Positions 45,675-55,847 of a stretch of DNA of 64,000 nt are shown piece after piece. The position numbers and the translations under genes were made by a program. Origin of the DNA: a virus (lineage: Duplodnaviria; Caudoviricetes). Position 1 is the first letter of the stretch; every line of letters starts with the position of its first letter. The notes under the pieces were generated by a model that worked only from the letters and a program-made list of their open reading frames with translations, was not told the origin of the DNA and made no database searches. The stretch is from positions 8,275-72,274 of the IMG/VR virus record IMGVR_UViG_3300021958_011004. One strand, given 5' to 3'.

Positions 45675-48509
45675 TTACACAACCTCATAATCAGATAGAT
45701 TACTCATGGCAACCTGAGAAGCCATATCTTGTTTATAAGCATCGATAGCCTTAAGTAACATTGAAGAAGTATATCTTTGCCCTGATTTACCTTTTGCCAT
45801 TACCTTTCCAAAAACTTTATCAATCTCACCTACAAACTGACCAATGAAATCCTCTTCTTTTGTTGCACCTCTTACTTTCATGAAACCAGTATCAATTGTA
45901 TCTTCAAACCAGTCTTTTACAATGTCAGCAACTTCAGCATAAGTCTCAGCATCAATGCCCATCTCAATCAATTTCTCTGCTGTTTTACCCATCTCTGCAT
46001 AACTTGGGACTTCTTTGGTTCCTGTAAAGTATTCCGCAACAGAACTAGCAATTTTATTTCTCTCTTTATCATTAAGCTTTTTCTTTTTATTAACTTCAAT
46101 TTTATCAAAATCTAAATAATCTTTAACCAACTCTGCAACATAATCTCTAGCTTCTCTATCGATAATGCTTGTTATGTTACTAAACATGTCACCAACAATT
46201 TGTCTAACAATATATCCACTAACAGTATAAGCATAATCAGTAGCTTTTTCAATATCATCTGCATCTTCTGGGTCAATACCTACATCAGCAATAAAATCAT
46301 TGTATTCTGCCATTTGTCCCTTAATGTGGTCAAGAATATCAATGGTATAATCATGTTCTTCTTGATCAGCAGGCTTCTTTGCTTTTTTCTTTGCTGCCTC
46401 AGTAGCTTCTTTTGTGAAGTCAATAGCATCTATGATGTAAGGAACAATAGCCTCTTGCATTTGACGCATCTTTTCAAACATTGGAGAATCTTGACCGCCT
46501 TTAACACCTCTAGCTGCATCTTCAAATTTCTTTTTAACATGTTTGTTATACCATTGTCTGATACCATTGGCGTTAGAAAAACCAAAGAAAGGTGCAAGTG
46601 TTTCATATTCTCTTGTATCTGCAAGTCTTTGCAACTCAGATAAAAATTTGTCTTTTGCTTTCTGATCGACAGCGATATCAGCTAAGTCTGCATCAACCTC
46701 AACAGAAGCCATTTCTTTTTCTTCTTGTTTTCTAGCCTTGTCTTCTTGAAACTTTTTAGCTTCTTCAAACCTTCTATTAACAACTTCTTCAACTTTATCC
46801 TTAAATTCATCAGCAGGATAAGTGTGAATTACACCTGAATTGTTAAAAACATATTCGTCACCCTTCAGACTTCTTTCAACAAAAGTATCTAACAAAGCAT
46901 TTTCAACTTCAGACAATTGTTCCATTGTTGCATTATTGTTAAAATGCAGTCCGTTTTGGAATTTAAATGGTCCTGTTTCTTTTGTTATAACTGTCATAAA
47001 CATGTCATTAACAACTTTATTTAAAAACTCGCCCTTGGGTAATTGAGCATTTCTTTTCTTGTCAAGTGTAAGATGAGCAGCTAATGTAGAAGCAATGTAT
47101 TTAACAGCATCAGGCCCGTTAATTCTATTCATAAGGCTAGCTTTGAGAATATTAGACCTAAGGTCTTCTAATTTCTTTTTAAAAGATGCATCAGAAGGAT
47201 CCAGTTTGTTCTTTAAAAGCTTTGTTAGAAAGTTGCTAGTCCATTTCTCAATACTTTTTTCATTTGAACTGGCTTTGTTTAAATTTACGCTTGAAAAAGA
47301 ATTGGAAAAACCAATGCCATATTCATTTGCAACCATCTTTGCTGCTTCTTTAACATTCTTAACAGTTCTATTAAGCAATGCATTATAAGCTTCAACCTCA
47401 GCCGTCTGAGATATGTCATGAAGAATGTCAAATGTTTCAAACACCAATCGATTCAACAAACTTAATTCTTTCTTTTCTTCTTCTGACATTTGATCAAAAA
47501 CAGATTGTCTTATTCTACTCTTGTAAATTTCCTCAGCTTTTCTCTCTGCTTCTTCTTCTGAGCCAAATGTAACAGCACCACCAACCCTTCCACTTGATTT
47601 GTAGCCTTCTTCATAGCCCAGTATATAATCTGGTTCTTGTTGTTTTGGAATAGCTGGAAGCTCTTCAGTGTCATCTTGAATACCGTCGTTATATCCCTTT
47701 AAGTACAGATCTTTATCTTGTGCAGCTTTAAATGATGCCAAAAACTCAACATCAGCAAGTGTCTCTTGTGCTGGTTCAGCTTTCTTTTTTGCTTTTCGAA
47801 CTAGAGTTTTTATACCACCACTTGACTGACCAGCACCATATATTTGAGGAGCTTTAGTCTTTACTGCTGCTTGAGTTTCTGTGCTGTCTTGCTCCCCGCC
47901 AAAGCCAATAGATTCTCTTCTTTCAATGTCATTCATAATCATTGTTGTAACAGCAATATCGTCAACTCCTTCTTCCTGGAAATCTGACCGGCCAGCAATT
48001 GTCTTAGCCATGTCATCAATTACCTGGAATCTTTGAACTGGATCACGTTGTCTGATTGCTTTTACTACTGCTGACTTAATAGCATCCTTCATGCTGTCAG
48101 ACAATCTTGAGTCTTCTTCGTAAGACTCAGATAAAATTCTCTTTACCTCTGCTAACATGAAAAGCTTTTCATCTTCTTTGTCAAGCGCTGAATCTAAAAT
48201 CTTGTGAAGCATTCTGTAAAAGAACTCAATTTCACTTCTTGGGACTTCTTTGCAAATTCTAATAGCAGCTGCTTGTAATTCTTCTCTTGAAGCAGGAACA
48301 AAGTCTGGATCATCAACGGGAGGCTCTTCAACTGATAATTGTGTGGCCATCTGTGGCCTTGGTTTGATTGGTTCTTCGTCTTCTGCAAAGAAGCCAAGGA
48401 AATTTCCTCCCATGTTACCAGCAATATGATAATCTGATCTAGAAGGTGATTCTGTCATAACTTGTTTTAGAACGTTAAACAGGACGCTTTTCTTAACTTT
48501 TATTTCCAT
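45675..48509 (-). CDS. Large (944 aa) helical hypothetical protein, probably virion-associated
   Basis: Long ORF; GGAG RBS; leader-like MEIKVKKSVLFNVLKQVMTE. Confidence 0.7.
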   Translation of the reverse strand: MEIKVKKSVLFNVLKQVMTESPSRSDYHIAGNMGGNFLGFFAEDEEPIKPRPQMATQLSVEEPPVDDPDFVPASREELQAAAIRICKEVPRSEIEFFYRMLHKILDSALDKEDEKLFMLAEVKRILSESYEEDSRLSDSMKDAIKSAVVKAIRQRDPVQRFQVIDDMAKTIAGRSDFQEEGVDDIAVTTMIMNDIERRESIGFGGEQDSTETQAAVKTKAPQIYGAGQSSGGIKTLVRKAKKKAEPAQETLADVEFLASFKAAQDKDLYLKGYNDGIQDDTEELPAIPKQQEPDYILGYEEGYKSSGRVGGAVTFGSEEEAERKAEEIYKSRIRQSVFDQMSEEEKKELSLLNRLVFETFDILHDISQTAEVEAYNALLNRTVKNVKEAAKMVANEYGIGFSNSFSSVNLNKASSNEKSIEKWTSNFLTKLLKNKLDPSDASFKKKLEDLRSNILKASLMNRINGPDAVKYIASTLAAHLTLDKKRNAQLPKGEFLNKVVNDMFMTVITKETGPFKFQNGLHFNNNATMEQLSEVENALLDTFVERSLKGDEYVFNNSGVIHTYPADEFKDKVEEVVNRRFEEAKKFQEDKARKQEEKEMASVEVDADLADIAVDQKAKDKFLSELQRLADTREYETLAPFFGFSNANGIRQWYNKHVKKKFEDAARGVKGGQDSPMFEKMRQMQEAIVPYIIDAIDFTKEATEAAKKKAKKPADQEEHDYTIDILDHIKGQMAEYNDFIADVGIDPEDADDIEKATDYAYTVSGYIVRQIVGDMFSNITSIIDREARDYVAELVKDYLDFDKIEVNKKKKLNDKERNKIASSVAEYFTGTKEVPSYAEMGKTAEKLIEMGIDAETYAEVADIVKDWFEDTIDTGFMKVRGATKEEDFIGQFVGEIDKVFGKVMAKGKSGQRYTSSMLLKAIDAYKQDMASQVAMSNLSDYEVV

Positions 48510-48561
48510 TACAATACTCCTATCTTGTATTAAATAGGTAGGTTATCATCATTTATTATAA

Positions 48562-48960
48562 CTATTGGATTACTTTTGATGTTAGATATACAATAGCTAT
48601 CCCAGATGCAATTCCTGAAACATACACAGCTGTGTTTGTCCATCTAGGTTTATATACCTGTTTCTCAAGAAAGTCTATCTGTTCAGCTCTGAGTGCTTCT
48701 AAACCACTGCTTTTTTCTAAACATGCAGTTAAGTCTGCTTCTTTTATTTTTAATTGTAATTTAAAATCTGCATCTGCAATTGCTAAATCTCTTTCTGCAT
48801 CAATCTTACACTTTCCAACTTCTTCATCTGCTTTGGCAATAATTTGAGCAACACCCTCCGGAGACAACAAAGTGCCGCTGAAGGGTGCTTTTTCACCCTT
48901 TTCTATTGCGACACTGTCTTTACCGTATGCTAGAGCACACAATAATAAAATTTTTAACAT
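48562..48960 (-). CDS. Exported protein with C-terminal TM helix
   Basis: Signal peptide, coiled coil, AVYVSGIASGIAIVYL. Confidence 0.6.
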   Translation of the reverse strand: MLKILLLCALAYGKDSVAIEKGEKAPFSGTLLSPEGVAQIIAKADEEVGKCKIDAERDLAIADADFKLQLKIKEADLTACLEKSSGLEALRAEQIDFLEKQVYKPRWTNTAVYVSGIASGIAIVYLTSKVIQ

Positions 48961-48963
48961 ATA

Positions 48964-49335
48964 TCAATCCAGGTCAAAACGATCATTTAATTCGTCAGTT
49001 GCACCTTCTGCACCTAACCCACTAATTCTATCACGTTTTTTCCCGATTGTTACCGTTAATATTTCTGTTTGTTCACCATGAACTTCTTCTGCTTCTTTCA
49101 CATCTTCTTGATAATCAGAAACAGCATCTTTAATACTATTAACTTGTCTTTGATTTGCCTTGTTAATAATCTCTATTTCTTTTTCTTTGGCTTCTTTTGC
49201 TTGCTTCCAAATTTCTTTAATATTAATTTTCTTCCCAATTAAAATTAAGACGATTGGCACAGAAACGCCTAGAATAAATTTCCAGTTTATTCTGCACCAA
49301 TCTAAAAAACTTAATTTCACTAAATTAATATCCAT
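48964..49335 (-). CDS. N-anchored coiled-coil membrane protein
   Basis: ILGVSVPIVLILIG then charged helix. Confidence 0.55.
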   Translation of the reverse strand: MDINLVKLSFLDWCRINWKFILGVSVPIVLILIGKKINIKEIWKQAKEAKEKEIEIINKANQRQVNSIKDAVSDYQEDVKEAEEVHGEQTEILTVTIGKKRDRISGLGAEGATDELNDRFDLD

Positions 49336-49714
49336 ATTCAGCGTGTAGAGCTGATTGATCCATTCCCGCTGATCTGAAAGCGTCTCTTATTGCGCGCTTA
49401 ACCATCTCAGCTTCAGGAGATGCATTTCCTGATCCTAAAGGATAGACTTGTCCATAAACAGTAATATTAGTAACAGGTTCACCAGAATAAAAAACCGGCA
49501 TCATATTTGATACTCGAGTACCGTCTGTCGGTGCCTTTATGGAAAGCTTCGTCACATCAAATCCAGCATCACTCACAATCGCCTGTACAATTCTCCACGC
49601 CGAATTGCTTCCCGCCATCAGCTCTTCTCCTGTTATACCACTAGCAGGGTAAGTCATAGCATCTTCAAGCGCTTCATTAATTAATCTTCTTAATTGTCTT
49701 CTATTTAATTTCAT
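49325..49714 (-). CDS. Hypothetical protein with MKxxxxQLR leader
   Basis: MKLNRRQLRRLINEALE (internal ATG at 49714). Confidence 0.6.
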   Translation of the reverse strand: MKLNRRQLRRLINEALEDAMTYPASGITGEELMAGSNSAWRIVQAIVSDAGFDVTKLSIKAPTDGTRVSNMMPVFYSGEPVTNITVYGQVYPLGSGNASPEAEMVKRAIRDAFRSAGMDQSALHAEYGY

Positions 49715-49718
49715 TTTA

Positions 49719-50045
49719 TTATCCTTTCCAAACTTTGGCAAAATCAATGGCGGATTGTCCGCCAATGTAACACATGGCAATCATTCCCCAGATATCTGAG
49801 TCTAATCCTGCCCAAATCAATAGTGCTGTTGCAGCACCAAAAACTAATAACTTTCTAGAAATAATCTTTTCTTGAACTGCATCAAGTATACCTTTATCTT
49901 TGTCACCTAGATAAAGTCCTTTTTTTGCTTTTGAGCTTAACTCTAATTCAGCAACAGCTTCAAGCCTGTCAGAAATAACTTCTTTAACATCGTCAACTGG
50001 TAAATTTGCAATTGCTTCTTTTATATCGTCTTTTGAAATATTCAT
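49719..50045 (-). CDS. Holin-like two-TM protein
   Basis: ISRKLLVF...YIGGQSAID. Confidence 0.5.
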   Translation of the reverse strand: MNISKDDIKEAIANLPVDDVKEVISDRLEAVAELELSSKAKKGLYLGDKDKGILDAVQEKIISRKLLVFGAATALLIWAGLDSDIWGMIAMCYIGGQSAIDFAKVWKG

Positions 50046-50053
50046 AACTTCTC

Positions 50054-50320
50054 CTAATCTTTTAAAGGATCTTCATCTTCTAACATATTAAATATGGCAT
50101 CAACATCAGTTTTTGTGTACTTCTTAACACTTTTTACTTGTTTGTCTCTAACTAGCTGATCTAGTATCCTTATCACATCATTTGATTCTTGCCCGACACG
50201 TGATGCAAACTCTTCAAAAACTTCTTGCATTGATAAGTCCCTTTCGACGCATCTAAGTCTAAACTCTTTGTGTGTATCAGGTTTTAAGCTGATGTGAACA
50301 GATTTTTTAGATCTAATCAA
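50054..50320 (-). CDS. Ribbon-helix-helix-like DNA-binding protein
   Basis: KSVHISL...HKEFRLRC....SMQEV. Confidence 0.6.
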   Translation of the reverse strand: MIRSKKSVHISLKPDTHKEFRLRCVERDLSMQEVFEEFASRVGQESNDVIRILDQLVRDKQVKSVKKYTKTDVDAIFNMLEDEDPLKD

Positions 50321-50322
50321 TT

Positions 50323-50970
50323 TTATGCTCCGCTTTGTCCCATGCCACCAGCAAATGCACCAACTGCAAATTCTTGATCTTCAGTCTCTCTATCAGAAGC
50401 AAACTCTGCCATTGAGATTCCATATTCATTTTCTAGAATACTAACATATCTATCAACAAAGTTTTCACCATAGTTCTCATCTAAGAAGTTCTTAATTCTA
50501 TTAACAATAGCTTCTTCGACTCTAAGAAGATTCTTGTAATTCATAATTAATCTAACAGTTCTCATTGCAAAAGCATCGATATCTAAGTCAGGAACCTCTT
50601 CTTCACCGGGTTCGTCAACATCCATTGCCTCGCTTCCTGTTGGAACTGGTGCTGATTCTTCTTCTCCACCTTCTTCAGCTGTTGCTTCTTCAGCTGCAAC
50701 TTCTTCCTCTTCTTGCTCAAAAAGATATTGAAGACTTGAACTGCTTAAGCTTTGTTCCATCAATTCGTCACCCCTGACAATACTTTCATCTCTAATAGAA
50801 CTAGCTTCATATTTTAAAATAAGAGCGTCAATCTGATCGTCGATTGAAGAAAGGGCTTTTCGAGCTTTGATATCTGTTGATTTAGAGACTAGTTTTAGTC
50901 CAGTTTCTGGAGTGTCAACACTGCTTTCTTGTTCAAATAAAAGATTATAAATTTTTGAAGGTTTACTCAT
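50323..50970 (-). CDS. Acidic protein with FEQEEEEVAAEE motif
   Basis: LLFEQE at N-terminus and YLFEQEEEEVAAEE internally. Confidence 0.6.
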   Translation of the reverse strand: MSKPSKIYNLLFEQESSVDTPETGLKLVSKSTDIKARKALSSIDDQIDALILKYEASSIRDESIVRGDELMEQSLSSSSLQYLFEQEEEEVAAEEATAEEGGEEESAPVPTGSEAMDVDEPGEEEVPDLDIDAFAMRTVRLIMNYKNLLRVEEAIVNRIKNFLDENYGENFVDRYVSILENEYGISMAEFASDRETEDQEFAVGAFAGGMGQSGA

Positions 50971-51665
50971 TATGCACCTCTAATAATTTGTAAGATTTTA
51001 TCAGCTTTTTCAAATCTCTTTTCAATCACTGACCATCTTAGCTGTTTCATCATTGCAGTTAAATATGTCTTTGCATCTTTTAAATAGTCTTTGTAATAAG
51101 CATGTTGCCACATATCAACTACAATGACAGGATACATTCCCACAGGAACGTTTTCTGAATGTAAGTCAATAAATGTGTTCATATAGCTTTGTGTATATGT
51201 GTTTAAATAAGTCACAACCCATCCACAACGTGAGCTTAAAGCACATGCCATGAAATCTTTCTGCCATTCATCGAAAGAACCAAAGTCTCTATTGAGTCTC
51301 ATGTAAGATAGAGAATCCATACCAATTTGAGAATTTGCATCTGCCATATTTGCAAAGAAAAGCTCATGAAGATAAGCACCGTTCATATTATATGTTTCAT
51401 CAATTTTAACGCTGCGATACATGTGACGGTTTGAATTGACATTTGATTTATCTGCACCATCTAGTTCTGCGCTAGCTTGATTAAATGACTCAATATAACC
51501 TTTGTATAATTTAAAATGATTATCAATGTTTGCATCACTTAAAAAATCAGTTCTTACTTCAAATTGCTTTGGTTGTGCAACCATTGCTTCGTTTAGTTTT
51601 TTATCTTCAACATCAAGCGTCTTTCTAACTAAGTCTTGAATTTTTTTGTTAAATAATGCGTCCAT
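50970..51665 (-). CDS. Fe/Mn superoxide dismutase-like protein
   Basis: NHFKLYKGY, LHELFF, FGSFDEW, GWVV, DMWQHAYY. Confidence 0.82.
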   Translation of the reverse strand: MDALFNKKIQDLVRKTLDVEDKKLNEAMVAQPKQFEVRTDFLSDANIDNHFKLYKGYIESFNQASAELDGADKSNVNSNRHMYRSVKIDETYNMNGAYLHELFFANMADANSQIGMDSLSYMRLNRDFGSFDEWQKDFMACALSSRCGWVVTYLNTYTQSYMNTFIDLHSENVPVGMYPVIVVDMWQHAYYKDYLKDAKTYLTAMMKQLRWSVIEKRFEKADKILQIIRGA

Positions 51666-51672
51666 CTATACC

Positions 51673-51927
51673 TCACACCGGTTCATAATTTTTAAAGTCA
51701 TCTGATACAATTTTTATAAAAATCTTTTTTCTCATTCCTGGGCCATAATATCTATATGCAATCACACAGGGTTCTTCATCCAGATTAACTTTCTTTACTG
51801 TGTATTTAACCCCTGAGTCAATGTGTCTTATCAGTAAATCATCTTTAATAAAATCAATACAAGAATCTTTCTTTTTCCCGCCAAGAGCACATAAAGTCTC
51901 AAATAATCTTTTCTTTGTAATACCCAT
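51673..51927 (-). CDS. Hypothetical protein
   Basis: ORF track. Confidence 0.5.
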   Translation of the reverse strand: MGITKKRLFETLCALGGKKKDSCIDFIKDDLLIRHIDSGVKYTVKKVNLDEEPCVIAYRYYGPGMRKKIFIKIVSDDFKNYEPV

Positions 51928-51946
51928 CAGATAACCTCAGGAATAA

Positions 51947-52363
51947 TTATTCTTTACAAACTGTTCTTACTGTTATTCCTGCGTCCTTTAAAATCTTTAT
52001 TGAATTCTCAGAGTAAGGATAAAACTCAGAATACACAACTTCACTAATACCAGCATTCACTATCGCCTTTGCACAAACATCGCAAGGAGACAGTGTTAAA
52101 TACATCTTCTTCTTTTTTGGATAATTGTAATCACACTTAATTAGCGCATTAATTTCTGCGTGAATAAAACCACTTTGTCCCTGTTCCAAAGACTCTCTTT
52201 TATTACTTCCACCTTTCTGGTCTCCGTTGTATCCTATTGATAGAACCTGAGTATTTTCTTCATTTACAATAACAGCGCCAACCTTGTGTTTTGTGTCAGG
52301 TGAGCGCTGTGAAATTGTATGAGCAAAATTAATCCAAATTTCATCCCATCCCGGTCTTTTCAT
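51947..52363 (-). CDS. dCMP deaminase (ComEB-like)
   Basis: KVGAVIV, SIGYNG, HAEINAL, PCDVC. Confidence 0.88.
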   Translation of the reverse strand: MKRPGWDEIWINFAHTISQRSPDTKHKVGAVIVNEENTQVLSIGYNGDQKGGSNKRESLEQGQSGFIHAEINALIKCDYNYPKKKKMYLTLSPCDVCAKAIVNAGISEVVYSEFYPYSENSIKILKDAGITVRTVCKE

Positions 52364-52371
52364 TTTTTTTG

Positions 52372-52971
52372 CTATTCCTCAAAAGGGTCGTATTTAAATA
52401 ATTCAAAATCTTTGTAATAAAACTCTCTAATTAAATTCTTGGAATTGTCATTAAAAACTTCCAAATAGTCCATTTTTTTATTATGTGAGTTTAGAATTTT
52501 AATTTCATCATCAATATCAACAATGTTATTTTCTTTTAAAAAAGAAAACAGAGGTGTCATCAATTCTTGCTTGAATATTTTAGACTTCTCATTTAAGAAA
52601 GCATATTGAGGAATCCAGTGATTATTATCAACATGATATCCTTGCATCGGTAATATTGTTTTAAACATAACATCTATCACATAATTGTAATCAATCTTAC
52701 TACCTGACTCACAATGTGCTCTTCTTACTTGATTTAAATGTGATAATGCCCGTGAAAAAGGATTTCTAACGACTGCAAATGAAATCTCTGGATTTGCTTT
52801 TATAAAATTATCTTTATATTCATAATAGCAATTATGATGAGAGTTTATAATTCTCAATGCTTTGTCTTCAACCCATCCATTTCTTTCCAAAAGATTTCTA
52901 ATACTACTTCCACCTGTTTTTGGAATGTGTGAAAAGTGAATTATTCTTCCTTGCCTTTCCCAAAACGACAC
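52372..52971 (-). CDS. Sulfotransferase-family protein (Sulfotransfer_2-like)
   Basis: HIPKTGGSSI, FAVVRNPFSRALS, HWIPQ, Y..DFELF.Y. Confidence 0.82.
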   Translation of the reverse strand: MSFWERQGRIIHFSHIPKTGGSSIRNLLERNGWVEDKALRIINSHHNCYYEYKDNFIKANPEISFAVVRNPFSRALSHLNQVRRAHCESGSKIDYNYVIDVMFKTILPMQGYHVDNNHWIPQYAFLNEKSKIFKQELMTPLFSFLKENNIVDIDDEIKILNSHNKKMDYLEVFNDNSKNLIREFYYKDFELFKYDPFEE

Positions 52972-53115
52972 TATCTTTTCCTTGCTTTTATCTTGTTAGA
53001 ATACTTGTCTTTGTAGAATGTTGCTGTTGGGTGATTTGAGCACTCTATTTTTAGACCACTATTTACTACAACAATCCAATTCTGTTTAACAGAATTATAC
53101 TTTATGTATGGGCAT

Positions 53116-53967
53116 TTAATCATTCTTTGTTTCTTCCTTGTCAAACAAATCATCAACATTTGTGTCTCCTGCTAGCCTAAAACCAGCAGCCTTTTTATGA
53201 CCACCGCCGCCAAACTTCTTGGCAACCTCTGAAACATCTATCGTATCATGGAATGCTCTTAAACTAACTTTAATATCTTTATCATTGTGATCATAATACC
53301 AAATCATTGCATAATCACAATCAGGAGAAAGTCTCGCTCCTATCTCACTCATCCAGTGAGATGCATTAACTACCATAACGTGTTTACCGTCTAGATGCCT
53401 TTCAGCTGCCTTATCACAAACTTTCTTAACAACTGTCTTTGAATATGCAAGAATATAACTTCCTCGCTTAACAGCATCATCAAAAACTGAATCATCTTCA
53501 AATTTTTCAAATTCTTCAAATTCAAAAGGAACCATGTCAAAAGCTGCACTAAATTCTTTTGAATAAGGTAACTCCCATTTCCACAAGTCTCTATCAGTAA
53601 TATACTGAATAAACTTTGGAGCTTCTTTGCCAGGGTGAAAGAAATCCCAAGCAAGTGTAGCTCCTGATTTATTCATATCAAATATGGTGTTTGATATATC
53701 ATGCAACTCAACCATCGCTGACTTATGATGATCTATAACAAGTAAGTCATTGGCTTCTTCAATCATCTTCTTTGTTACTTCATTTTTAAAAGAAAAGTCA
53801 AGAATAACAACGTTTTTATCTGTTACATCAGGAGGAGGAGCGCCATGACTGCATGCATGATACTCTGCTCTATTTCCTAGTAGTTTCCAAGCTGAATAAG
53901 CGGATCCAAATCCATCTGTGCAATTTGCATGGTATATAACACAATTAACACTTGAAGGGTCTAACAT
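53116..53967 (-). CDS. DHH/DHHA1 phosphoesterase (NrnB-like)
   Basis: YHANCTDG, IDHH, SLRA, FGGGGHKKAAG. Confidence 0.88.
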   Translation of the reverse strand: MLDPSSVNCVIYHANCTDGFGSAYSAWKLLGNRAEYHACSHGAPPPDVTDKNVVILDFSFKNEVTKKMIEEANDLLVIDHHKSAMVELHDISNTIFDMNKSGATLAWDFFHPGKEAPKFIQYITDRDLWKWELPYSKEFSAAFDMVPFEFEEFEKFEDDSVFDDAVKRGSYILAYSKTVVKKVCDKAAERHLDGKHVMVVNASHWMSEIGARLSPDCDYAMIWYYDHNDKDIKVSLRAFHDTIDVSEVAKKFGGGGHKKAAGFRLAGDTNVDDLFDKEETKND

Positions 53968-54012
53968 CTAATACTCCATGTTGTTCTTTGGTTCATAACT
54001 ATCTAAGCAACC

Positions 54013-54582
54013 CTATTCTTTCATGTGGTCATGATGTGCCTGACATCTTGGTTCATATAATTCTTCACCACCAACCTGTATTTTTACATTAGCGTTACTC
54101 AAACTATATTGAATCTTTTTTGATGTGTATCTTGCATCACTTCTGCAAACCGTGCAAACAGCTGTACATTTAACAATTTCTGTACAATAAGGCATTACTT
54201 CTTTAACTTCTTCAAATGGTTCACCTAAAAAATTAAGCTCAATTGAAGAAATAAAAACATCATAACCTTTTCTAAAGAGCTTAATACAAGCTTCAGCAGC
54301 TCCAGGAATCATGAATATCTCATCAACAGCTACACAATCAACATCAACATTACTGCTAGCTATAATTTCAAGTATTTCCTTTCCATTCTCAACTTGAAAA
54401 CACTTGACATGAGCATCATTGTGTGTGACAATTACACCATCGACGGAATATCTATCATCCATCTTGGGCTTAAAAGACAACGTAGTCTTACCTTGATAGT
54501 GTAATCTGTCAATCTTCTGTAACAGTCTAGTTGTTTTTGAACTAAACATAGGCCCAGTATATAAAACCAATTCTGTGTTCAT
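54013..54582 (-). CDS. tdk: Thymidine kinase (type II)
   Basis: TGPMFSSKT, VDE, CTVC, QVGG.E.YEPRC. Confidence 0.92.
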   Translation of the reverse strand: MNTELVLYTGPMFSSKTTRLLQKIDRLHYQGKTTLSFKPKMDDRYSVDGVIVTHNDAHVKCFQVENGKEILEIIASSNVDVDCVAVDEIFMIPGAAEACIKLFRKGYDVFISSIELNFLGEPFEEVKEVMPYCTEIVKCTAVCTVCRSDARYTSKKIQYSLSNANVKIQVGGEELYEPRCQAHHDHMKE

Positions 54583-55593
54583 TTAATCTAGCTCCCACCA
54601 TTTAATAGTTTCTTCTAAGCCATCCCAAAATCTAACCAGTGGCTTATATCCAAACTCTCTTTCAGCTTTTGAAACGTCAGCTTGAGTGTGCATAACATCG
54701 CCAGGTCGCCACGGGGCATCAACAACATCAACATTGAAACGAACCTTAAAATATTCTAAAATCTCTCTATTTGATGTTCTGTCATTACAAGCAATGTTAA
54801 AATAGTCACCTTTAAAGGGTTCTTCTCTTTCTGCAGCCAAGACATTAGCACTTACGACGTTATCAATATAGCACATGTCTCTTGATTGTGAACCATCACC
54901 ATCTGATCTACAAGAACCACCTGTCTTTACAGCGTTGCACCATGCAGAAACAGCAGTTGAGTAAGGTGAGTCGCCATATTGCCCAGGACCAAAGACATTA
55001 AAGTATCGCAAACAAACAACATCAAGCTGATATAAATCCCAACAAAGTTTCGCAAAATCTTCAATAGCTGATTTCTGCCATGCGTAAGGTGACTTAGGAT
55101 TCTTTGGTGCAGTTTCCTTTGTTGGTAAATCATCAGCACCGCCATAAACTGAAGAAGAAGAAGCAAATACAATTCTTTTAATTCCACCCTCTTTGCAAGA
55201 TTCAAAAAGAGCAACAGTTTTATTGATGTTTGTATTTGTTGTTTCAGAAGGATGTTCAACAGAATAACCTACACGAGGAACTGCAGCTTGATGAAAAACA
55301 TAGTCATAATAGTTTTCTTCAATGTTGCTTAAGAGAAATGGACTAGCAAAGTCATCTTGAATAACAAGCACTTCATCATCTTCTCTTGTTACTGTTCCTT
55401 TTTCAATTTGGCCGTAGTAAATATCCAAAAAAGAAGCGTTAGGTAGTATTCTTTTCTTTAATCCATCAAGAAGCTCTAGATGACCATTTGACATATCGTC
55501 CACAACATCAACTCTCCATCCTTTACTGATTAATTCTTTTGCAAGATTGCTTCCAATAAATCCACAGCCACCAGTTATTAGTGCTCTTTTCAT
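54583..55593 (-). CDS. NAD-dependent nucleotide-sugar epimerase/dehydratase (WbpP/GalE-like)
   Basis: TGGCGFIGS, ASSSSVYG, PYAWQK, RYFNVFGP, RPGDV. Confidence 0.9.
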   Translation of the reverse strand: MKRALITGGCGFIGSNLAKELISKGWRVDVVDDMSNGHLELLDGLKKRILPNASFLDIYYGQIEKGTVTREDDEVLVIQDDFASPFLLSNIEENYYDYVFHQAAVPRVGYSVEHPSETTNTNINKTVALFESCKEGGIKRIVFASSSSVYGGADDLPTKETAPKNPKSPYAWQKSAIEDFAKLCWDLYQLDVVCLRYFNVFGPGQYGDSPYSTAVSAWCNAVKTGGSCRSDGDGSQSRDMCYIDNVVSANVLAAEREEPFKGDYFNIACNDRTSNREILEYFKVRFNVDVVDAPWRPGDVMHTQADVSKAEREFGYKPLVRFWDGLEETIKWWELD

Positions 55594-55847
55594 ACACCTT
55601 CTCCTATCATTTTTTGTATTTCACTTCTGTGTATTGTTTTTATTTCAAACCCTTTCTCTAAAAGGTTTTTCCAGGTCTCAGGAGACCCATTGTAAACTTT
55701 ATAATCTTCACCCTCTGTTATATAAATGAATTTATTCATGTAGTGATGACGCATCTGTGCCCAAAACATACCGTGCTTTCTTGGCAACCAAACACATTTA
55801 TTTTTATCATCCTGAATATATTCAAACAGCAAGGAGTCATTTTTCAC
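55590..55847 (-). CDS. Hypothetical protein
   Basis: Coupled ORF. Confidence 0.5.
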   Translation of the reverse strand: MKNDSLLFEYIQDDKNKCVWLPRKHGMFWAQMRHHYMNKFIYITEGEDYKVYNGSPETWKNLLEKGFEIKTIHRSEIQKMIGEGV

